Assembly (NCBI GenBank): GCA_031409655.1
Contig: JANNXQ010000084.1
Coordinates: forward strand, 1 to 42,046
DNA from: Chthoniobacteraceae bacterium
GTDB lineage: Bacteria; Verrucomicrobiota; Verrucomicrobiia; Chthoniobacterales; Chthoniobacteraceae
Direction of reading: 5' to 3'
Length of the DNA stretch: 42,046 nt
In this document: positions 19,968 to 28,727 of the stretch, piece by piece
Layout: each line of letters starts with the position of its first letter
Position numbering within the stretch: position 1 is the stretch's first letter
Notes under the pieces: generated by a model
The model's input: the letters and a program-made list of their open reading frames with translations, nothing else
The model's database searches: none
What the model was told of the DNA's origin: nothing
Position numbers and translations under genes: made by a program

Positions 19968-20132
19968 GGGTGGTCAAAGTTTGGACAGGATTGACAAGAT
20001 TTTCCGGATTGCAGGATTTCGACAGCGGGTTGTCCGAGCATCATCCGAAATACACGCGGCATGGAGCAAAGACGTGTCGAAAGCCACCGGCGTAATCCTG
20101 TTCATCCTGAAAATCATGTTAATCCTGTCGCA
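19968..20132. repeat. 9-mer-periodic hairpin element, copy B
   Basis: GACAGGATT GACAAGATT TTCCGGATT GCAGGATT (19984-20018), 75-bp spacer, AATCCTGTT CATCCTGAA AATCATGTT AATCCTGTC (20094-20129). Confidence 0.92.
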
Positions 20133-20134
20133 AC

Positions 20135-20569
20135 TCATTGCGCATTCCCTTCAGGAAAGACAGGGATGCCGAGCACACTGGCGGCAGCGCGCATCCGCGG
20201 ATCCGTCGTGCAGAGCGGGAAGTCTTGCGAAAGGTCGCACGCGGCGGCGTGAATCGCGTCCAGCGAACGGAGCGGCACCGCGGGATGACAGTGCTCGAGA
20301 ATGTGGATCGCTTTTTTCAGAACGATTCCCGAGAGCGGTTGCAGTTCGATTTCGCCGGACTGCACCCGCGTGTTGAACTGCTCCCATGCCACTGCTCGCT
20401 GCTTCGCGGTGAGCAGCTTGGAGCGTTCTTTCCCGTTCAATGCGGAGAGGACTTCGGTGATCGCGAGTTCGGATGACGTGAGGGGGTGTCCCTTGAGCGC
20501 GTCGCTGAAAAAGTCGCTCTCCGGTTCGTCCACCAGCAGCTTCACGATGATCGCGCTGTCGAGGTACAT
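20135..20569 (-). CDS. vapC: VapC-family PIN-domain toxin
   Basis: MYLDSAIIVKL...E, LAITEV, LRSLDAIHAA, TTDPRM. Confidence 0.9.
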   Translation of the reverse strand: MYLDSAIIVKLLVDEPESDFFSDALKGHPLTSSELAITEVLSALNGKERSKLLTAKQRAVAWEQFNTRVQSGEIELQPLSGIVLKKAIHILEHCHPAVPLRSLDAIHAAACDLSQDFPLCTTDPRMRAAASVLGIPVFPEGNAQ

Positions 20570-20571
20570 GG

Positions 20572-20907
20572 TTACCAGCGTGAATCCCGATCTGCGCGGA
20601 TCAACTCTTCCGCCGTCGGCCCGCCGTTCCACTTCGGCATCCTGGCCAAGTGCTCCCGGGTGCCCGTGAAAACCTTTCGCTCGCGCCTGGCATTCATTGG
20701 CACGAGCCGCGCCTTGGGCACCCCGTCGCTGGTGATCACGACCTCGCGCCCAGCCGCCACTTCCTCCAGCAACCCCGAAAGATGCGCCTTGGCCGCCCGC
20801 ACCGAGATGGTCATCCCCACGCCCGGCACCGGCGCCATTTCGCGGACGACCGACGACATGGTTGCTTCCTCCTCAGTAGAGCGCGCAGCGGCAGTTCGAG
20901 CTTTCAT
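20572..20907 (-). CDS. Phd/YefM-family antitoxin with N-terminal extension
   Basis: ISVRAAKAHLSGLLEEVAAGREVVITSDGVPKARLVP; start at 20907 supported by the promoter just upstream (20982 and 20814 are alternatives). Confidence 0.85.
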   Translation of the reverse strand: MKARTAAARSTEEEATMSSVVREMAPVPGVGMTISVRAAKAHLSGLLEEVAAGREVVITSDGVPKARLVPMNARRERKVFTGTREHLARMPKWNGGPTAEELIRADRDSRW

Positions 20908-20913
20908 GACGCC

Positions 20914-20943
20914 AATGTAGTCACGCGTAGTCACACCCGGCAA
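20914..20943 (-). promoter_or_regulatory. sigma70 promoter with operator repeats for the Phd-VapC operon
   Basis: TTGCCG-N18-TACATT-N6-ATG; GTGACTAC direct repeat x2 (20917-20924, 20927-20934) across the spacer and -10. Confidence 0.7.
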
Positions 20944-20978
20944 GCTCTTCTTTCGGTAAAGCGGGACCGGCTTCTTTT

Positions 20979-21248
20979 TCATTCAGGCGTTTCGTTGAGG
21001 GAAAAGGGCAAGCGCTCGAACTTCGCGATCTCCTCATCCAATTCCGCGATGCGCTGGCGTGCAGCCTTTACTTCTTCGGTCAGTTGATCGGCGGGCACGA
21101 GCGCAGGTTCGCCGTCGCGGCTGGTCACGACTGGACGACCGTCGCGTCGATGCTCCTCGACGACCTTGATGAACGCGCGATTGAGGCCGCGCTCGGTGAG
21201 CAGTTCCATCGGGATGCCGCGGGCCAGCGGGAAAGTCTCTGGATTCAT
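20979..21248 (-). CDS. Small putative antitoxin partner of the zeta-like kinase
   Basis: 89 aa, ATGA-coupled to the upstream kinase; KVVEEHRRDGRPVVTSRDG resembles small proteins that follow this kinase family. Confidence 0.6.
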   Translation of the reverse strand: MNPETFPLARGIPMELLTERGLNRAFIKVVEEHRRDGRPVVTSRDGEPALVPADQLTEEVKAARQRIAELDEEIAKFERLPFSLNETPE

Positions 21249-21823
21249 AGCGTCAGGTTAAATTCGGTCGCGATGATTTCAAACTCCGCGGGCGTGAATA
21301 TGAAATGATTCTGGCGGTCGCCCTGCGCAATTTTCCGGGGGAGCCGTCCGGAATTGTTGTAGAGCGCCCACGAATCGAGGAGCGGACGGTAAAGGGTGAA
21401 GAGATTTTGCAATCCCAGCCGAAAGCGTCTGCGCAAGTCCGCCTCTGGCACGTTATGCCCGCCGGCCTCGACTCGATCAGCGACGCGGCCAATCGAGTGC
21501 TCGATGCTCGGCAGGGTGAGGAAATCGAGGTGGATCGAGTAACCCACTTCGCGAGCCTGCCGAAGAATGTTCCGATACGTGCGCCCACTGAGTGTCGTCT
21601 CCATCCCGAAGTCTCGCCCTTCGCCAATGAAGCGCCGGAGGCGCTCCAGCATGAGTCGTCCGGCATCAAGTTGCGCCCGCTCCGGTGCGAGCGGCGAAAG
21701 GCCGCGGGCGATTTCATCAGCATTGAGAAAGTCGAGCACGGTAAAGTCGTAGCGAAGGAAGTCACGCACGAACGTCGTCTTCCCCGCGCCGTTCGGACCT
21801 GCGATGATGTAGAGAGATGGCAT
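21245..21823 (-). CDS. Zeta-toxin/AAA_33-family P-loop kinase
   Basis: IIAGPNGAGKTTF, FLNADEIA, ETTLSG, RVADRVEAGGHNVP. Confidence 0.88.
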   Translation of the reverse strand: MPSLYIIAGPNGAGKTTFVRDFLRYDFTVLDFLNADEIARGLSPLAPERAQLDAGRLMLERLRRFIGEGRDFGMETTLSGRTYRNILRQAREVGYSIHLDFLTLPSIEHSIGRVADRVEAGGHNVPEADLRRRFRLGLQNLFTLYRPLLDSWALYNNSGRLPRKIAQGDRQNHFIFTPAEFEIIATEFNLTL

Positions 21824-21833
21824 TGAGACGGGT

Positions 21834-22637
21834 TCACATCGCTCTGTTTAGATCCACCGCGAATTCCGCGGCTTTAAGTTCCCGTGCAAGCTTTAATTTC
21901 CATGCTTCTCCGTCGTCCAGAGGAGTGTAAACAGTACCCAGATAATCGGATGGGATCTCAACTCCAGCGACACATAGCGGGCAAACGCGTGCCCGCCCAA
22001 TCGTACCCATGAAATAACCAAGCTCTAGGACCACATTCTGCCGCGCGCGGGCTTTTTCGTCGTTCGGATTAGCTTTTACGCTTCGGCCAACATCGTCGGG
22101 TGTGAGAAGCACGACGGCGAATCCAACTTGTGAACTCGATACAAACTTCTCGATTGTGGTTTGTCCACGATTGGGTTGCTCATGAAGGATAATCGGAACT
22201 AGCCCGAGATGCTCAATGAATCGAGCGACAGAATGCAAGGCAGCATGGTCATGGCCATGAACGATGAATACCGAATTCGATCCAATGTTAGTAGGCTTCC
22301 GCGAGCCGTGGTCCTCCAGTTCGAAATCAGTATTCAGAATATTGATGAAGCTCCGGAGATTCGAGAGATCGGCGCCTAACTCTTTGAAACGCTGTTTTGT
22401 ATACCAATTCTCATCCGCGTTACCGGGAATGCACGAAAAGGAACCAACGTTTTCGAATTGTTGAGACTGACGAGAGGCGGTCCCAAATGCTTTAACAACG
22501 TAATCTGATGTAACAGTCCGCCACTCTGTATATCGAGCTTCGGGAACCGAGCGCATGTTCAGAATGCTCGTGCCTTCTTCAAGCTGTCTTTTGAGCAACG
22601 GAATCGACTTCTCTGGACTTATGGGTACCTGTTTCAT
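21834..22637 (-). CDS. CAP12/Pycsar-effector-type TIR-like nucleotide-binding protein
   Basis: VFIVHGHD, IILHEQPNRGQTTIEKF, FAVVLLTPDD, ARQNVVLELGYF, EIPSDY; visibly lower GC than its neighbours. Confidence 0.9.
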   Translation of the reverse strand: MKQVPISPEKSIPLLKRQLEEGTSILNMRSVPEARYTEWRTVTSDYVVKAFGTASRQSQQFENVGSFSCIPGNADENWYTKQRFKELGADLSNLRSFINILNTDFELEDHGSRKPTNIGSNSVFIVHGHDHAALHSVARFIEHLGLVPIILHEQPNRGQTTIEKFVSSSQVGFAVVLLTPDDVGRSVKANPNDEKARARQNVVLELGYFMGTIGRARVCPLCVAGVEIPSDYLGTVYTPLDDGEAWKLKLARELKAAEFAVDLNRAM

Positions 22638-22661
22638 TTGCCCATGAATTTCAGGCCGATC

Positions 22662-25319
<2,658 letters not shown>

Positions 25320-25400
25320 CTATTTGCGCAAAATCTTGGGCCTCTCCCGAAAGGCGACCACAATATATTGTTGGACACCCATTTGCCGAAGTCGGATGAA

Positions 25401-27155
25401 ATGGCCGCTGTGAAACGCCTCCTCTGGCCCCTTTTTTTGGCCGCGATCTGCGCCCTCGCTTTCGTCGCGCGGTGCTGGAATCTCGGGGATGTTTTTGTGG
25501 CCGGACGGATCTACTTTGTGGATGGGGATTGCTATTCGCGGATGACCCGCGCCGCGCTGATCGCCGACGGCCATGGCCCGATCATCCGACACCACGACTT
25601 CGAGAATTTCCCCCTCGGGATCACCCCACACACCACGGCGCCGCTGGACTGGCTGATCGTGGCAGGGAAAAAGGTGTTGGATTCTGGCTTCTGGATGCTG
25701 GATCGGAGCCGCACGAGCATCCTGCGCGAGCAGACCCTCGATCTTTCCGGCGCGCTGGTTTCGCCGGTGCTCGGGGTTTTGACGTGCGCGTGGCTTGGCG
25801 GGTGGGCGCGGCGGACGGGGCTCGGAGGCTTCGCCTGGGCTCCGCCGCTGCTGTTTGCCATCAGCCCGGTGCTGGTTCACGGGACCGTGCTGGGGCGGCC
25901 GGATCATCAGTCCTTGTTGATCTTCCTGCTCGCCATCGCGCTGGGATTAGAATGCTGGCTCGGCTTTCCAAGGAGTGGGGGCGCCCTCGCCCCGAGTGCC
26001 GACACGGGGCGGGGGTATCCCTCTTCCTTGGGGATCGTTGCGGGATTGGCTTGGGGATTGGCGATGTGGGTTTCGCTTTATGAGCCGCTCGTGCTTTTTG
26101 GCGTCGTCTTCGCGCTGTGGGGCATTGGGGATCGCCGCCGGTTCATCGCGCGAGAGTTCCGCGCGGGTTGGTTTGTCTTTGCCGGAATCCTGTTCCTGGC
26201 GGTGCTGGTTGATGGCTGGCGGGTGGTGTGGCCGGATGCGGCGACGCGCGCGGCTTTTGGCCACTGGCAGCAGACGATTGGCGAATTGGGCCACCTTGAT
26301 CTGCGGAGTTCCGCGTTGCTGCATTGGCTCGGCGCCGCGTGCGTCCTGACGCCGGTGCTCCTCGGTCTCGCCGCAGTGCGGGAGCGGAAAATCGCGACGC
26401 TGCTCGGTGTGCTGCTCGTCCTGCTGGCGCTGACGATTTGGCAAGTGCGCTGGGGTTACTTTCTCGCGCTGGCTTATGCGATGTCGCTGCCGTGGCAGCT
26501 CGCCGTGCTCCGGCGCGCGTGGGTGGGCGCTCTGGTCTTTGTGCTCGGGCTCTGGCCGGTGGCGCAGGATTGGGAGGCGACGCTCTATCCAGACAGCATC
26601 GCGGAGAAGGTGCGAAATGAACGACGTGCGGAAGGGGTGCAACTGCGCGCGGTCGCCGCGCAAATCCGCGCCGGGCAGGCGGGCGGTTTCCTGGCGCCGT
26701 GGTGGCTTTCGCCGGCGCTGGCATATTGGTCGGGCGCGCCGGGTGTGGCGGGGAGTTCCCACGAAGCGCTGGCGGGCACGGTGGAGTCGGGAAAGTTTTT
26801 CCTGGCGCCAGATGCGGGCATTGCGAAAGCCGTGGCGCGCCAGCTCGGCGTGCGTTGGATCGTCACCGATGGCGCGGATGTCGATGGCGTCTCGCGGCTG
26901 CTGCGGGCTTACGGTCCGCTGCTCGGCGGCGATGTTCCTGCGGCTCCATGGGGTGTGAAGTTGCACGAGCGCGGCCAGCCTCGGGAGCGCGTCTCGGCCG
27001 CAGACTTCGCCGAGGTGCCGCCGGACCTGCGCGCGCGCCTTCTGGCCGTGGCCGAGCGGGCGGAGGCGGAGGAGATCGGGAGTGCGGCCTTTTCGTGCGT
27101 TTTCAAGAATCAGTTTTTCAAACTCTTCCGCGTCAAAGAAGCTCCGCCGCAATGA
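25401..27155 (+). CDS. STT3/AglB-like GT-C membrane glycosyltransferase (divergent)
   Basis: DGDCYSRM, DFENFPLG, GRPDHQ, multiple TMs, then PWWLSPALAYW at the WWDYG-like position. Confidence 0.6.
   Translation: MAAVKRLLWPLFLAAICALAFVARCWNLGDVFVAGRIYFVDGDCYSRMTRAALIADGHGPIIRHHDFENFPLGITPHTTAPLDWLIVAGKKVLDSGFWMLDRSRTSILREQTLDLSGALVSPVLGVLTCAWLGGWARRTGLGGFAWAPPLLFAISPVLVHGTVLGRPDHQSLLIFLLAIALGLECWLGFPRSGGALAPSADTGRGYPSSLGIVAGLAWGLAMWVSLYEPLVLFGVVFALWGIGDRRRFIAREFRAGWFVFAGILFLAVLVDGWRVVWPDAATRAAFGHWQQTIGELGHLDLRSSALLHWLGAACVLTPVLLGLAAVRERKIATLLGVLLVLLALTIWQVRWGYFLALAYAMSLPWQLAVLRRAWVGALVFVLGLWPVAQDWEATLYPDSIAEKVRNERRAEGVQLRAVAAQIRAGQAGGFLAPWWLSPALAYWSGAPGVAGSSHEALAGTVESGKFFLAPDAGIAKAVARQLGVRWIVTDGADVDGVSRLLRAYGPLLGGDVPAAPWGVKLHERGQPRERVSAADFAEVPPDLRARLLAVAERAEAEEIGSAAFSCVFKNQFFKLFRVKEAPPQ
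25677..25704 (+). repeat. Intragenic heptamer tandem repeat
   Basis: TTGGATT CTGGCTT CTGGATG CTGGATC, read as LDSGFWMLD. Confidence 0.55.
25968..26031. repeat. REP/REPIN-like palindrome inside the coding sequence
   Basis: CAAGGAGTGGGGGCGCCCTCGCCCC is 23/25 identical to 5666-5690, followed by a degenerate inverted arm ending TCCTTGG. Confidence 0.75.
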
Positions 27156-28555
27156 ACGAACTTGACGTTGATTTTCTCGTCATCGGAGGTGGGAGCGCTG
27201 GCTACGCTGCGGCCTCCACCGCCGCCCGGCTCGGCCTGAAGACGGCCGTCGTCGAAGGCGGCGCCGACGTCGGCGGGCTCTGCATCTTGCGTGGCTGTAT
27301 GCCGAGCAAGACGCTGCTCGAGTCGGCGCATCGCGCGGAGGGCATTCGGAACGCGGGCGAGTTTGGGCTGCATGCGGAATTCATCGCGGCGAGCGGCTCG
27401 GCGATCCGCGCGCGGAAGCGGCAGTTGATCGGTGAATTCGCCGACTACCGGCGCGGGCAGCTCGAGGACCGTCGCTTCGATTTCATCCGTGGAAACGCCA
27501 CCTTTCTCGACCCGCACTCCGTCGAAGTGCGGCTGCGCGATGGCGGCCTGCGCCAGCTCGTCGCCCGCGCTTTCCTCGTCGCCACCGGATCTACTGTACA
27601 ATGGGTGGACCTTCCCGGTCTGCGCGAAGTCGGTGCCTGGACCAGCGACGATGTCCTCGACGCGGACATCATCCCGGCCTCGGTCGTGATCCTCGGCGGC
27701 GGCGCCATTGCCCTGGAACTCGCGAGCTTCTACTGCGGTGTCGGCTCGCGGGTCACGGTGATCCAGCGCGGCCCGCAACTACTCACCGGCAGCGACCTCG
27801 ACATCGCCGACACCCTCGCTGAATCGCTCACGCGCCGCGGCATCGTCCTGCATCGCGGCACCACCCTGCTCCGCGCTGAGCGCACCGAGACTGCCAAGCG
27901 CATCGTTTTCCGCCAGGGGTACGCCGAACTCACTGCTGATGGCGACCAGATCATCTGTGCCCTCGGTCGCCGGCCCGCCCTCGATTCACTCGGCGGAGAC
28001 AAAGGCGGCATCATCATCGAGCGCGGTCGCATCCGTGCGGACGCCACGCAGCAGTGCGGTGCCCCGCATCTTTTCGCCGCAGGGGACGTCTGCGGTCCGC
28101 ACGAGATCGTCCACCTTGCCATCCAGCAAGGCGAGATCGCTGCGCGCAATGCCGCCCGCGTCCTCGGAAAACTCGACGGCGCGCTCGAAGAGATCGACTA
28201 CCGGCTCAAGCTCCTCGCCATTTTCACCCACCCGCAAGTCGCCACTGTCGGACTCAGCGAGGACGAGTGCGCGGAGCAGGGGATCGCAGTTCTCGTCGCG
28301 AAATATCTCTTCGCCGATCACGGAAAAGCGCTCGTCCGCGGGGAGCCCGATGGCTTTGTGAAGCTGATCGTCGAGCGCGCCTCCCGCCGCATCCTCGGCG
28401 CGGCGTGCGTCGGCCCCGAGGCCTCGGACCTGATCCACGAAATCGTCGTCGCCATGCACTTCCACGCGACGGCTGGCGATCTCGCTGCCATCCCTCACTA
28501 TCACCCGACGCTGAGCGAGATCTGGACGTACCCCGCGGAGGAACTGGCCGGCTGA
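27152..28555 (+). CDS. Class I pyridine nucleotide-disulfide oxidoreductase (dihydrolipoamide dehydrogenase-like)
   Basis: GGGSAG, GGLCILRGCMPSK, GGGAIALE, AAGD, HPTLSE; start MNELDV. Confidence 0.9.
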   Translation: MNELDVDFLVIGGGSAGYAAASTAARLGLKTAVVEGGADVGGLCILRGCMPSKTLLESAHRAEGIRNAGEFGLHAEFIAASGSAIRARKRQLIGEFADYRRGQLEDRRFDFIRGNATFLDPHSVEVRLRDGGLRQLVARAFLVATGSTVQWVDLPGLREVGAWTSDDVLDADIIPASVVILGGGAIALELASFYCGVGSRVTVIQRGPQLLTGSDLDIADTLAESLTRRGIVLHRGTTLLRAERTETAKRIVFRQGYAELTADGDQIICALGRRPALDSLGGDKGGIIIERGRIRADATQQCGAPHLFAAGDVCGPHEIVHLAIQQGEIAARNAARVLGKLDGALEEIDYRLKLLAIFTHPQVATVGLSEDECAEQGIAVLVAKYLFADHGKALVRGEPDGFVKLIVERASRRILGAACVGPEASDLIHEIVVAMHFHATAGDLAAIPHYHPTLSEIWTYPAEELAG

Positions 28556-28727
28556 CGCGGCGAGGCCGGGTTCGTCGTTGAGTCTTGTAGGACAAAGGCT
28601 GATAATTTTGTTGACACCCGGGCGCGGTTTCGGAGATAACTTTATCAGTCTCCTCCGCGGCACCGCTCCAAACACCACGCCCCCCCAGCCTGCGGACTTG
28701 AGCGCCAACCTTACTCCTCCTCGCGAT

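Noticed and set aside
19393..20132. CRISPR array or integron attC sites
   Set aside because: Only two long elements made of tandem 9-mers; no repeat-spacer periodicity, cas genes, integrase or RYYYAAC/GTTRRRY ends
21245..22637. Complete CBASS, Pycsar or Thoeris system
   Set aside because: No CD-NTase, Pyc cyclase or ThsA in the window
27152..28555. Mercuric reductase merA
   Set aside because: No C-terminal Cys-Cys pair, no NmerA domain, no mer genes nearby
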